Source: Bacillota bacterium (lineage in GTDB: Bacteria > Bacillota > Sulfobacillia > Fermentithermobacillales > Fermentithermobacillaceae). Taken from it: a stretch of DNA of 64,000 nt. The position numbers were made by a program, and so were the translations under genes. The notes under the pieces were generated by a model, which made no database searches, had not been told where the DNA came from, and saw only the letters and a program-made list of their open reading frames with translations. The stretch spans positions 90,243-154,242 of the forward strand of contig JAXGQX010000002.1 in the NCBI GenBank assembly GCA_040766225.1. Direction: 5' to 3'. Of the stretch, positions 1 to 10,805 are shown one piece after another. How positions within the stretch are numbered: the stretch's first letter is position 1; each line of letters begins with the position of its first letter.

Positions 1-68
1 CCATGGACAGGATACTCGGATTTGCGCGAGAGGTGAGCGGAGCAGCCGGCGTGGGGGATAGCGACTGA
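1..68 (+). CDS. Possible 3' end of a gene entering from outside the window (..MDRILGFAREVSGAAGVGDSD*)
   Basis: Open frame from base 3 to TGA at 66-68, followed by non-coding hairpins; too short to identify. Confidence 0.3.
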   Translation, partial: MDRILGFAREVSGAAGVGDSD

Positions 69-137
69 GGCCGAGGGATCCATGGGTGCGGGCTCCCCTG
101 GGCACTGTCACAAGAGAGACCCGGCTGTCACACTGAC

Positions 138-168
138 AAAAAACGGCGGAGGCCATGAGCTTCCGCCG
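138..168 (-). terminator. Intrinsic-terminator-like hairpin
   Basis: Minus strand CGGCGGAAG-loop-CTCCGCCG followed by TTTTTT. Confidence 0.5.
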
Positions 169-299
169 GTCGCTATCGAGAGCGGAAGAAATGTCGGGTC
201 GTGAGAGCGATAACCGGACAGAAATGGAGGGCCAGGGCGGCAGGCGGACAATACTTCCGCTAGTCGCTATCGAGAGCGGAAGAAATATCGGGTCGTGAG
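160..299. repeat. Two ~46-bp direct repeats (160-205, 254-299), each with a CTTCCGC/GCGGAAG inverted repeat
   Basis: CTTCCGCCGGTCGCTATCGAGAGCGGAAGAAATGTCGGGTCGTGAG vs CTTCCGCTAGTCGCTATCGAGAGCGGAAGAAATATCGGGTCGTGAG; 3 mismatches, 94-bp period. Confidence 0.9.
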
Positions 300-416
300 G
301 GCATCTATCTGGAGTTTCCGACGGTCACCATCTGCCTTGACGTTGAGGAGCATGAGTCCTATGTTAGTTTTCTTATATCACACGGAACGCCTCATGGCAC
401 TCTGCGCTATTACGGG

Positions 417-755
417 TTGGCGGACTATTCGCACGTCGAAGGGAAGAAGCGCAGCGCTTTTCAGAGCGTAGCAGAAGAACAGAGATTCGTGGAGGTTCTA
501 AAGAAGCGTATTCGAGACCACCGTAAGCTGTTTAGTCCAGATGAACGTGGAGACCAGATTGTCAGCCATATCTGCAGTTTCTTGAATGAGTTCGTGAAGA
601 GGTTAGCGTAACTTACCGAGGAAATGATCAGCGTGTGGCGTCCCGGTCCCATTGATAAGCCAAAGAGCGCTATCTTCGTTAGTCAGGTTTTTGTAGACGC
701 GGTCAAGACACACCGGCTTACTGCCTTCAAGTTTGACTTGGTCTGGGAGAACTAG
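417..755 (+). pseudogene. Interrupted ORF, possible Imm11/DUF1629-like remnant
   Basis: ORF 417-611 continues in frame past TAA (609-611) to TAG at 753-755, ending ..IFVSQVFVDAVKTHRLTAFKFDLVWEN, which resembles my recollection of Imm11-family C-termini. Confidence 0.3.
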
Positions 756-911
756 TCGCTGACTCGGCATCCGTAGGCCCGACTCACAAATCTGCAGCGA
801 GTCGGGCTCTGTACTTTAGGTTCGCACTGCCGCGTTCCCCAATAGCGTCGTAACGGCATTTTACCGCCCGCCCTGAGGAAACATAACAGGGAAGGAAAAA
901 GGGGAGTATCC

Positions 912-1478
912 ATGCCGGAAGAGACGCTATGGGAGTCAATGAAGAGGTGGCTTGCTCAGGGCACAGTGGGAACCCGCTTTGTGCCGAGTTTGAGGTGGCA
1001 AGGTGGCGAGATGGCACGGCTTCCCACCCGAGAATCCACGGGGCGAAGAGGCAAATCCGTAGCCACCGGGGGCAAGTATACGGCGACCGATGGCAAAGCC
1101 ACAGGGACTGAGCAACTCGGCGTGACATCGAGCGGCCAGGTTGATGAGGACGCGACAGACACCGAGGACGGACGGTTCAGCCCGCCTCACCGTGAAGCCC
1201 GCAGCCTTAAGCGGACGCTTTTGGCCGTTTCCGACTCTCTGGAACGGGCACAAATCGCCGATTACGTGCAACTCCTCAACACGCCCAGAAGGCTAATCTA
1301 CCTGAACCTCTTGGCGGGGTTGTTCAGGGGCGTGGGCATGGCCGTAGGTTTCACATTGCTAACAGCCATGATTATCTACGTCTTGACGCGCAGCTTCGTA
1401 GCCAACTTGCCGGTGATAGGCGACTTTCTCGGCGAACTGGTATGGATCATCCAGCAATACCTAAGGGGCAAATCCTAA
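912..1478 (+). CDS. DUF5665-family membrane protein with low-complexity N-terminus
   Basis: C-terminal IADYVQLLNTPRRLIYLNLLAGLFRGVGMAVGFT pattern with hydrophobic helices; AAGGGGAG RBS before ATG 912. Confidence 0.7.
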   Translation: MPEETLWESMKRWLAQGTVGTRFVPSLRWQGGEMARLPTRESTGRRGKSVATGGKYTATDGKATGTEQLGVTSSGQVDEDATDTEDGRFSPPHREARSLKRTLLAVSDSLERAQIADYVQLLNTPRRLIYLNLLAGLFRGVGMAVGFTLLTAMIIYVLTRSFVANLPVIGDFLGELVWIIQQYLRGKS

Positions 1479-1497
1479 CGAGAAAGGGGACTTTTGA

Positions 1498-2046
1498 TTG
1501 GAGGATCTCAATTCGACAAAGACTCCCGGACCCCGGCAAGATATCGATCTCACGCATTACCGCCAACTCCTCATGGAGAAAAAGACCCAGGTGGAGCACG
1601 GTATCAGGAGCATCATGGAGAATACCTTCTCAGAAGAACAAAAATGGAATGTCGGCGAGGCGTCTTCATACGATCAACATATCGCCGAGCAGGGGCTGGA
1701 GACTTTCGAGCGAGGGAAAGACCTCGGATTGAAAGACGGCTTGGAGATAGACCAGTTCAAGGTCAACAAGGCTCTGGAACGTATGGATAACGGGACTTAC
1801 GGTTACTGCCAGAACTGCAAACAGCCTCTTGAGATAGGAAGGCTGGAGGCCATGCCGGACGCCGAGTTGTGTGTACCCTGCCAGGAGCGGCAAGAGGTGA
1901 AGCCGGCCAGCCGCAGACCTGTGGAAGAGCAGACGGTGAACACATATATGCGCGGTATTGAGACCCTGACCGACGAGCCCTACTCGGTGGGGGGCGAGGA
2001 GAGGAACAAGGCCCACAAGGGGAAAAACGCCAAGCGTCTTACCTGA
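1498..2046 (+). CDS. TraR/DksA C4 zinc-finger protein, YteA/YlyA-like
   Basis: Coiled coil with SSYDQHIAE motif, then GTYGYCQNC..RLEAMPDAELCVPC; located upstream of lspA. Confidence 0.85.
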   Translation: MEDLNSTKTPGPRQDIDLTHYRQLLMEKKTQVEHGIRSIMENTFSEEQKWNVGEASSYDQHIAEQGLETFERGKDLGLKDGLEIDQFKVNKALERMDNGTYGYCQNCKQPLEIGRLEAMPDAELCVPCQERQEVKPASRRPVEEQTVNTYMRGIETLTDEPYSVGGEERNKAHKGKNAKRLT

Positions 2047-2052
2047 TAAACC

Positions 2053-2580
2053 TTGCCACCAATACCTAGGTCAGGTATCCTTTTTGAGAGGAACATTCAC
2101 TCTACCAGTGGAAAGCGAGCGTCCGCTTTGGCATTTTACCTGACCCTTGTTGTCGCCGTGATATCGGACTACCTGACGAAGCAGTGGATCAGGTCAAACT
2201 TGGCTTTGGGCGAGACGAGAGTCATCATCAACGACCTGCTCCGGATAACTCATTGGAGCAACTCAGGGGCCGCCTTCGGGATGTTCAGAAACGCAAACAC
2301 CTACTTGGCGATTCTGGGTGCCATTTGCGTTGTCCTTGCCGTCGCCATATACCCTAAGTTCAGGTCATTCGGGCCGTTTTTCGCGGTTGCCTTGGGGCTC
2401 GTGGCAGGAGGGGCTCTCGGAAACCTCATAGACCGCATACTCTTTCAGAGTGTTACCGACTTTATTAGCGTCAAGTACTTCACTCCCATTTTCAACGTGG
2501 CGGATTCCGCCATCGTGATGGGTTCTATCCTCATGATAGGTGTAGTCCTTTTCTCCCATCAAGGGAGCGCTTGGAAGTGA
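2053..2580 (+). CDS. lspA: Lipoprotein signal peptidase II
   Basis: DYLTK, NSGAAFG, GGALGNLIDR, VTDFI and FNVADS motifs. Confidence 0.95.
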   Translation: MPPIPRSGILFERNIHSTSGKRASALAFYLTLVVAVISDYLTKQWIRSNLALGETRVIINDLLRITHWSNSGAAFGMFRNANTYLAILGAICVVLAVAIYPKFRSFGPFFAVALGLVAGGALGNLIDRILFQSVTDFISVKYFTPIFNVADSAIVMGSILMIGVVLFSHQGSAWK

Positions 2581-3542
2581 CCTCAGTGGGCGAGACCGGG
2601 AGGACCGTGAAGCTGGAAGTCGACGAAAACGGGATAGGTCAGAGGCTGGATGCCTATGCATCAGCAGAAGTTCAAGACCTTTCCAGGTCCCGGGTTCAAG
2701 CCCTGTTGGACCAAGGCAACGTCCTCCTAAACGGCAAACCGACCAAGGCTTCCGCCAAGCTTCGACTGGGAGACATCATCCAAATAATCGTGCCTCCGCC
2801 CGTCGAGTGGGACGTTAAGGCCGAGGATATCCCCCTAGACATCGTTTATGAGGACGAGCGAATTCTAGTCATCAACAAGGATAGGGGAGTGGTAGTCCAC
2901 CCGGCCGCGGGGCATCGTCAGGGCACCCTTGTGAACGCCGTGCTTAGCCATTGTCCCGACCTTAGGGGTATCGGAGGAGAGATCCGTCCGGGGATAGTCC
3001 ACCGGCTGGACAAGGACACAACCGGCTTGCTTGTGGTGGCGAAAGACGAGGAGACCTTACGAGACCTGCAATCCCAGATCAAGGACAGGACGGCCAAGAG
3101 GCAGTACCTGGCGTTGTGCAAGGGACGGCTGCCGGCGGATTCCGGAACAGTGGACGCCCCCATCGGTCGGGACGAACGGGATCGAAAAAGGATGGCGGTC
3201 AGGCCCGGAGGTAGGGAGGCCGTCACCGCGTTTGAAGTTGTAATGAGATTCGGCAACGAGTACACGCTGCTCGTAGCCAAGTTGCAGACGGGCAGGACCC
3301 ACCAAATAAGAGTGCATATGGCCCACCTAAAGCACCCCGTTGTGGGCGATCCTGTATACAGCAGGACGAGAGGGGAGTTGGGGATGCGCGGGCAGGCCCT
3401 GCATGCGTTCAAACTGGGGCTGGCCGTGCCCAAAAGCGGTCAGTACGTTGAGTTTTCGGCCCCGCTTCCCGATGACTTCCGGGAAGCCCTAGAGACTCTG
3501 GAGAGAAGGTACAAGGAGGAGTTGCCCGAATGGCTACGCTAG
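2571..3542 (+). CDS. rluD: RluA/RluD-family pseudouridine synthase
   Basis: S4 domain (RLDAY..SRSRVQ), catalytic HRLDKDTTG, GRTHQIRVH. Confidence 0.9.
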   Translation: MEVTSVGETGRTVKLEVDENGIGQRLDAYASAEVQDLSRSRVQALLDQGNVLLNGKPTKASAKLRLGDIIQIIVPPPVEWDVKAEDIPLDIVYEDERILVINKDRGVVVHPAAGHRQGTLVNAVLSHCPDLRGIGGEIRPGIVHRLDKDTTGLLVVAKDEETLRDLQSQIKDRTAKRQYLALCKGRLPADSGTVDAPIGRDERDRKRMAVRPGGREAVTAFEVVMRFGNEYTLLVAKLQTGRTHQIRVHMAHLKHPVVGDPVYSRTRGELGMRGQALHAFKLGLAVPKSGQYVEFSAPLPDDFREALETLERRYKEELPEWLR

Positions 3543-4201
3543 ATTCCCGGCAAGAGCATAAAGAGAGAATGGCCCGGATCCTTATTGACATAGGTTCGGT
3601 GGGGGCCAGGCCCGAGAAGCCCTTTGTTTTCACGTCAGGCACTTTTAGCCCAGTTTACATAGATGTCCGTCGCCTGATTTCCTTCGTGAACGAGAGGGAA
3701 GAGGCGATCTCCATGCTGGAGGACCTGGTAAAGGAAACGGTCTCCGAGCAAATAGACGGCGTAGCCGGAGGCGAGACCGCGGGTATTCCTTACGCCGCGT
3801 TCTTGGGCTGGAAAATGAGCTTGCCCATGCTTTACGTCCGCAAGCAGGCAAAAGGCTTTGGCCGAAACGCCCAGGTCGAAGGCGAGGTCAGAGATGGGGA
3901 TCACATCATCCTGGTTGAGGACCTGATGTTCGACAGCGGCAGCAAGGTCAACTTCATAAACGGCCTGCGTAACGCAGGTTTGAAGGTCGGGCACGTGTTT
4001 GTGCTCGCTTCCTACGGCCTCTCCGACGAGTACGAGAAGAGTCTAGGAGCTATCGGTGTCCAAGGGCACTCGGTAACCGACTGGCCCACCATCATTGATG
4101 TGGGGGAGAAGATAGGCCATTTCTCGGTGAAGGATTCGGCCATGGTGCGCGAGTTCTTGCGTGACCCTCATGAGTGGTCTAAGGCGCGCGGCGGAAAGTA
4201 G
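3530..4201 (+). CDS. pyrE: Orotate phosphoribosyltransferase
   Basis: FTSG..SPVYID, AGGETAGIP, YVRKQAKGFG and PRPP loop LVEDL. Confidence 0.85.
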   Translation: MATLDSRQEHKERMARILIDIGSVGARPEKPFVFTSGTFSPVYIDVRRLISFVNEREEAISMLEDLVKETVSEQIDGVAGGETAGIPYAAFLGWKMSLPMLYVRKQAKGFGRNAQVEGEVRDGDHIILVEDLMFDSGSKVNFINGLRNAGLKVGHVFVLASYGLSDEYEKSLGAIGVQGHSVTDWPTIIDVGEKIGHFSVKDSAMVREFLRDPHEWSKARGGK

Positions 4202-4344
4202 GTTGCGCACGCGGTCGACGTGGGGTAGCCGCGCGGCCCGGAAGAGAAAGGCGCGCGGGGGTAAGTAATCGTCACATGCAGTAGAGCATCGTCCGCGCGG
4301 CACGGTCAAGAAGCATAGGGTAGAGCGGGGAGGAGCCGTGGGCC

Positions 4345-5177
4345 TTGGGTTTCCGTTTCGTGTTTCGATTGTTACTTGTCCTCTTGTTTGCCGTCGCGCT
4401 CGCGGCCGCTGACGCTTACCTGGTGGAACCAAGGCTGCTGGTGACCGAACGCGTGACGGTTTCCATACCGTCTCTTCCGGAGAACCTGGAAGGCTTCACT
4501 ATCGGAGTGCTTTCTGACCTTCACCTGGATCTCACGCCCCCTGACCGGTTGAGAAGCGCATCCGAGGCTCTTTCCAGACTCGATCCGGACGTTGTAGTTG
4601 TAGTAGGGGACTTTAGCGGAGGTATGGGTTCGAGCCTCGAAGGTCCCGGATCCTTCAGCAGGTCGCCGGGATCGCCGGGACTAGTGAAACTCAGGCGAAC
4701 CTTATGGCAGCCAGTGACTACGTTCTTGAGCCGGTAAGTGGCGCTTACGGGTAAGGAACTGGGACCGCTGGCTTGATGGCGGGTCGGGTTCGGGACTCCA
4801 GAACATAACTGCTCATCAACGAGGAGTCCTAGTCGCCCCGAACTTGTGGCTTTGCGGAGTGGATGACGCTCTCCTGGAGTTCTCCCGACACAGACGGAGC
4901 AGTGTGGAGCGCTCCATAACGCGTTAAGGTGCTCTATCTCGCAGGCCAGATCCCAGCGGATAGCATCCGCGTGGCCCACGTGTTTACCGATGCTCAGACA
5001 CTCCGGCAGGTGCAGTCCCCGGTGTTAGGCCATCTGCTCTACTTACCGATGGGAGAGAGGTACGACATGGGACTCTATCAGACGCCGACCCATCAGGTAG
5101 CTACCAGGGGCTTAGGTATGAGCCATATCCCGGTCCGTTTCATGTGCCGCCGGGAGATCACCCTGATAGCACGCTGA
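4345..5177 (+). pseudogene. YkuE-like metallophosphoesterase, frameshifted (real or sequencing artefact)
   Basis: N-terminal TM, YLVEP, LSDLH, VVGDF; C-terminal TRGLG..PVRF..RREIT found in another frame. Confidence 0.75.
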
Positions 5178-5189
5178 CAACCGGACACT

Positions 5190-6084
5190 AGATGTCGATC
5201 ACTTTCTCCACTGTCCTGACCTCGGTGCCGTCGCTGTATCGAGAATCAAGAGGTAGTGATCGACTGATGCAGGCGCGTCCTTGACTTCTCCATCGAATTT
5301 CCTGACGTCGTCTGGTTTAGCGGACATGGTCAACGGCACTATTATCTTTGACTCCCCGGATACGATCTGGAAGAAGTCGCTTTCGTAGGCCTAAACCGCC
5401 TAACGAACTGGCTCCTCGGAGACGATTACGCGCAGGTCGCCGCCTTCATGATGGACTTCCATTGACATCGGGCCTGCTTCGGAACCACTGCTTTGCCAGG
5501 TCTATTGATCCCACTTCTGTAGTCCTTAGCTGGCCGCCTGCCGATACGGAGATGTAGTAGTCGTAGCGGTTTTCCGGGTAATATCGGCGGCACGGCCTGG
5601 ATAGATTCCTTGTGTCCCGGCTTCGAATAAGTATGGGTTATGCCAACTTTCAATTCAGGTCGATCCGGTACCAGGTACTCAGGATAACCCTGTGGCCTCC
5701 GCCGCCCGTGCTGGGCCTTCATAGGTGGTATAGTCGAGGTCATCTTCATGTAGGTACAACGTGACTACAACTCGAACCCTCCGCAGGCTCTTTGACCTGC
5801 CAATCCCTTGGCAACGGGAATTATGTCGCCTTTGCCGCTGCCCTATGGTTATGTCAGCCGGGGTGACCCACCTCGGCAGCTTCCTGAAGCTCTTGAAATT
5901 TGCCCTACGTACTGATGATAGCTCAGGTGGAGGTTCTGCAATTGCTGGGCGCTTGCGTTCGGTGTGCCATTTCTCAGTTCCTCCGAGTTGTCGAAGCCAT
6001 GGTGTTGACCTTCAAACCGGAGTAGGTAGTCAACAAGAGGCTTACGACGGCGCAGGGCAACACACGTTCTAAACAGTCTCTCAA
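5190..6084 (-). pseudogene. Frameshifted hypothetical, probably exported protein (~300 aa)
   Basis: GGAGG 8 nt before TTG at 6084, signal-peptide-like start, protein-like fragments in successive frames ending ..VRTVEKVIDI*. Confidence 0.4.
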
Positions 6085-6766
6085 TGGCTGGCCTCCAGCA
6101 GGGTTCTCGATTTCGTGTTACAGACGCTATACGTACCCGGAGTCTGGAGAACTGCAAGGTAACCGGGGTTCCAGTGTCCGGCACCCATGAGAGACAACAT
6201 TCCGCATGTCCGTAATCGCTCAAGTTGCCTATTGACGACGGTTTCGCGCGGGGGAGGTTGGGAGAAGTCCTTGTCGGCCCCTGATTGATATGAGACTGTT
6301 AGTTAACATAATAACTATTATAGGACGTAACGAGGCGGCGCGAGGAGAACGTGATTAGCCCGTCCGTCTGGGATCGAAAAGACCGAGATGGCCTCTCGCC
6401 TGCTCTTTAGTGATGACAAGGATAAGGATAGCAACTTTACCTGGGGTTAGCGTGACGAATAGCCTGCTAGGTAGATATTTCGATACCCCAAATGCAGGAA
6501 AAACCCTGTGAAGGCGTTGAAGGACGAATCGCGGCGGCTTCGGAAGCGCTCTTTAGGTCCGGGTCGCGATACTGACAATCGGCTACATTTGTCCACCACT
6601 TTGTGCTCCTGGCGAGAAGATACGCGGTCTCTCCGAGTCGAGCAGAGGTGATGTCCCAAGGGAACGTCTGCCCATGGTCTAGGCCTGCATAGGAGATCTT
6701 GGCGTCGCGGTTCTTGACTATAGTCTCAGACCCTTTCGAGCATCGTTCCAATACCATAGAGGAGTA

Positions 6767-8700
6767 GTGAAGAAAGTAGCCGCATTATTGCTCATGGCTC
6801 TGATGTTGTTGCCGTTGTTCGCCGGTTGCGGCGGGCCGGCGCTGGAAAGGAACCCGTCGAAACAGGCAACGTCAATGAAAATCAGGTCGTTAAGCTGGTC
6901 TATTCAGCGAGATCAGTGAGTGGAACCCTTTGGTCCCGTCCGCTTCGGGCGATTGGGCCAACTACATCGACGCCACCTGGTTGAGTACGACTACCTAGGC
7001 TTGGTGCAACCGTGTCTCGCTAGTGGACCAAGTCAGATGACGGTCTTGTATGGACCTTTAAGATTCGCGAAAGGCGTCAGTGGATGACTTGGGACGGAAA
7101 GAATACGGCAGAAAAAGTGACAGCCCACGACTTTGTCACCACCGCCAAGTACATTCTAGACTCGAAGAACGCCTGCCGCACGGCCTGACCTCATGTTCGT
7201 CTTTGAGGGTGCCGAGGCTTTACTACGATGAACGACTCGCCGAAGGCGTCACGCGGTGGAGCAAGGTAGGGATCAAGGCCCTAGACGATAGTCATCTTGA
7301 GTTCACGCTCAACGGGCTCTTCTCTTCCTGTCCATGCTTACCTACAACTGAGGCTACCCACTAACGCCAAGTACCTAGCCGAAATGGGCGACCGGTTCGG
7401 GACTGACCCAAGACTTTTCTTTATTGCGGAGCCTTCATTTGCTCGAATATGAGGCCGAATCCTTCCGCATCGACACGCGGAACAACTTATTGGGATCGCG
7501 GGGTAAGATGTACGTGGAGCGTATAGAGCGCAAGTACAACGCCGGGGGCGTCACGCTTGCCCCCGGATTGCTCCTCAGCGAGGATGTCACACGGAAACAT
7601 ACCTTCTCTTGATTAGACGAATGGATGAACGACCCGGCGAAGGCAAAACTCATTCGTCCCCAGCGCGGTTCTTCCTATGGCTGTTATTTCTACCTGTTCA
7701 GCTTCTGGCCAAACTTCCCCGAGCAGTACGACAGGGACAACTGGATGAAAGCGGTGAACAACCTCGCGTTCCGCAAGTCCTTACTACGCGCGCTGGACAG
7801 GATTGCGGGGATCACCTGCTATGACCCGTACACTCCGGAGAACTTCCTGATGCGCACCATCACGCCGACCGACTTTGTGGCCGCGGGCGGCAAGGACTTC
7901 ACGCAACAGGAATTTGACACCATCAGCAACACCGACCAGCACAACTATCGAGAAGGCACTGGAGTACAGGCCCAGGCCATGAAGGAACTGCAGGCGGCCA
8001 GGGCGACCTTCCTATCAAGATCTACATGCCCTACAACACGGGTTCGAACAGCCAGATTCAGTTGGCCCAAGTTCACGAGCAGCAGCTAGAGCGGGATTTG
8101 GGTACCGACTATATCGATATCACCATCGAAGGCTACCCGAACACCGACTTCCTAAACGTTACCCGTCGGGCCGGCAACTACTGCTTCATGATGTCTTACT
8201 GGGGTCCGGACTACGCGGACCCGGAGACTTACACCGATCCGTTCGCCATTGGTCAAAAGTACGGGTACTGCTACATGGCTGAAGGGTACGGCGAGAAGTC
8301 CACGGCAGACGATCCGGAAGCCCGTAAGGGTTTCGACGGAGGCTTCTGGAAGAACGTCCTGTACGACGACATGGTAAACACGGCTGCCAAAGAGGTCGTC
8401 GACCTCGATAAACGCTACACGGACCTCGCCAACGCGGAAGCATGGCTAATCGGTAACGCGTTCGTCGTGCCCTTAGGCCGCTTGGGAGCCACTTACTATG
8501 TATCGTCCTACATGAACCCGTTTGAGTCCCAGTTCGCTCCTTTCGGAGCGTCGGGTTCGCGCTATAAGTATCAGAAGGTCATGAAGGAGCCCATGAACAC
8601 CGAGGAGTTCATGAGACGGCAAGAACTGTGGGTCCAAGAACGCAACGCGGCCATGGCCAAGGCTCAGGCCGAAGGCGAGACTACTAGACCGGTCCCTGGT
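6767..8700 (+). pseudogene. oppA: Oligopeptide ABC transporter substrate-binding lipoprotein, copy 1 (many frameshifts)
   Basis: MKKVAALLL..FAGC lipobox; fragments match copy 2 (WGPDYADPETY, TRRAGNY). End approximate. Confidence 0.85.
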
Positions 8701-8719
8701 TCGTCTATCAGCAAGAGAA

Positions 8720-8747
8720 GGGAACCCCGGTGGAAGCCGGGGTTCCC
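8720..8747 (+). terminator. Strong hairpin after oppA copy 1
   Basis: GGGAACCCCGG-TGGAAG-CCGGGGTTCCC, perfect 11-bp stem. Confidence 0.6.
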
Positions 8748-8831
8748 TCAACAAGTTACCGTCATGTTGATGAACAGGAACCCGATCAGGTCAACGGCTT
8801 ACTTCAACCTGATTCTTAGCGAACGTTCTAT

Positions 8832-9769
8832 ATGACCATCCGTACTCAGGCGCTGGGCGCCATGATTACGATGTTCTTAGTCCTCTCCATTGTATTTATG
8901 TTAATGAGGCTCTTACCTGTGGAGACTTACTACGGCGGACGTTCGGACAGCATGAGCGAGGCGGTCAAGGAGCAGATATTGAGTCTCTTGGCCTGCTGGA
9001 CCCCATGCCCAAGCAGTTGTGGAGGTTCTGGGGCGAACTCCTAAGGGGTGATCTGGGCAAGTCCATCGTCTACCGCAAAGGCGTACCCAATACGGAAATC
9101 ATAGTACCCAAAGCCGTGTACTCCTTCAGGTTCGGCATCGCGTCTTTGGCCATGAGCCTTGTGGTTGGCCTTAGTATGGGCGTTCTGATGGCGACCTACA
9201 AAGGGAAGCATATTGATAGGTTGGGCAACACCTATGTCCTTTTGGTCAACGCTCTGCCGGCGGCCGTCTACTACCTATTCATACAACTCTACATCACCCA
9301 TCTCTTTAAGATACCCATGTTATACGACATGAAGAATCCTGTGACTTGGATACTTCCCACCATCTCCATGTCCTTAGGCGGGATAGCCTCAAACGCGATG
9401 TGGATGCGGCGCTACATGGTTGACCAGCTAAATCAAGACTATATCCGTCTTGCCCTGGCAAAAGGCTTGAGCAGCAGGCAGGTAGCGTTTCGACACATAT
9501 TGAGAAATGCGTTCATCCCCATGTCCCAGTCGCTCCCCACCTCTTTGTTGTTCACCATATCCGGATCGCTGTACGTCGAGTCCCTATACTCCATCCCCGG
9601 AATGGGCGGTCTGCTGATAACAGCTATCCAGCGCCAAGACAATACCCTGGTGCAGGCGATGGTGCTCTTGTATTCGGCCTTGAGCGTAACGGGCATGCTT
9701 CTGGGCGACTTGGCCATGATGCTGTGCGATCCCAGGATCAAGCTGGTCAAGGAAGGGGGCGTCCGCTAA
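8832..9769 (+). pseudogene. oppB: Oligopeptide ABC permease, copy 1 (frameshift near 9000)
   Basis: GDLGKS, MRRYMVDQLNQDYIRLALAKG (EAA loop), DPRIKL. Confidence 0.85.
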
Positions 9770-10791
9770 TGGGAAACTCCAAACACGACAAGTTCGAACA
9801 ACTGTCCGAAGGTTTTGAGGCCATGGTCAGAGGAGAGACCGAAAGACCGTCCACAGAAGGGCCTTCTGTGGATGCGGCCGACCTCTTCAAGCCCGCCAAG
9901 TTCGATACGGCGGCCGCGGAGTTGACGGGGTACTCCAACTACTCATATTGGGGCAGCACTTTGAGGCTGTTCCTAAAAAACAAGGTCTCTGTGTTTCTGC
10001 TTCTGTTCCTATCTTTGCTCTTGGTGTTCACCTTCGTCCAGCCCTTACTTCCCAACCAGCTAGACCCAGTTACCATCTATCAAGACCCCGCGACCGGCGT
10101 GCACTATCGAAACGTGAAGCCCAACGAGAAGTTCTGGTTCGGCACAAACAACATTGGGCAGGACCTCTGGAATACGTATGGTCAGGTACGCGCGCTTCTC
10201 TGCTCGTTGGGTTGTGTGTCGTTCGTCACCAACGTTGTGGGCATCAGTCTTGGGGCGATCTGGGGGTATGCCGCAAGTGGGATAAAGCAATTTCACCGGG
10301 ATCTACAACCTGTTTGACAACATACCGTATACCGTGCTCCGCATGCTGATTACTTTCATCATGCGTCCCGGTCTGTTTACCATGGTATTCGTCATGTGTC
10401 TTACGGGATGGATTCGCATGGTAAGTATGGAACAGATCCTCATATGCAGGGACCGGGAGTACAACTGGCGTCACGCTGTCTCAGGACCCAGTCACAACAT
10501 AGTCGTTAGGAACATATTGCCTCAGTTGATCTCAATAGTGCTCGAACCGCTCTGGCCATTCCCGACGCTATCGGTTCGAGAGTGTTCTTGACGTATATAG
10601 GACTGGGGCTTCCCGTATCTATCCCGTCCTTGGGCAACCTCATCAACGAAGGCCGTATGGTTATGTTGGTGCCGGCGCAGCGGTACCAGTTGTTTTTCCC
10701 GGTAATCGTGGTGTCCATTATTACCGTCTCTTTCTACGCTCTGGGCAACGCTTTCGCGGATGCCTCGGATCCCCGCAACCATAGAAGATAA
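9769..10791 (+). pseudogene. oppC: Oligopeptide ABC permease, copy 1 (several frameshifts)
   Basis: YSNYSYWGST, FWFGTN.IGQDLW, FLTYIGLGLP..PSLGNL, DASDPRNH. Confidence 0.85.
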
Positions 10792-10805
10792 GGAGGGCTG
10801 TACAT

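Noticed and set aside
160-299. CRISPR array
   Set aside because: Only two repeats, 46 bp long with a 48-bp spacer; no third copy at the expected period and no cas genes in the window.
6240-6766. Riboswitch or small gene upstream of oppA copy 1
   Set aside because: No SAM, lysine, glycine, TPP, FMN, c-di-GMP or T-box core motif recognised; the ORFs are not protein-like and the region lies in the error-rich block.
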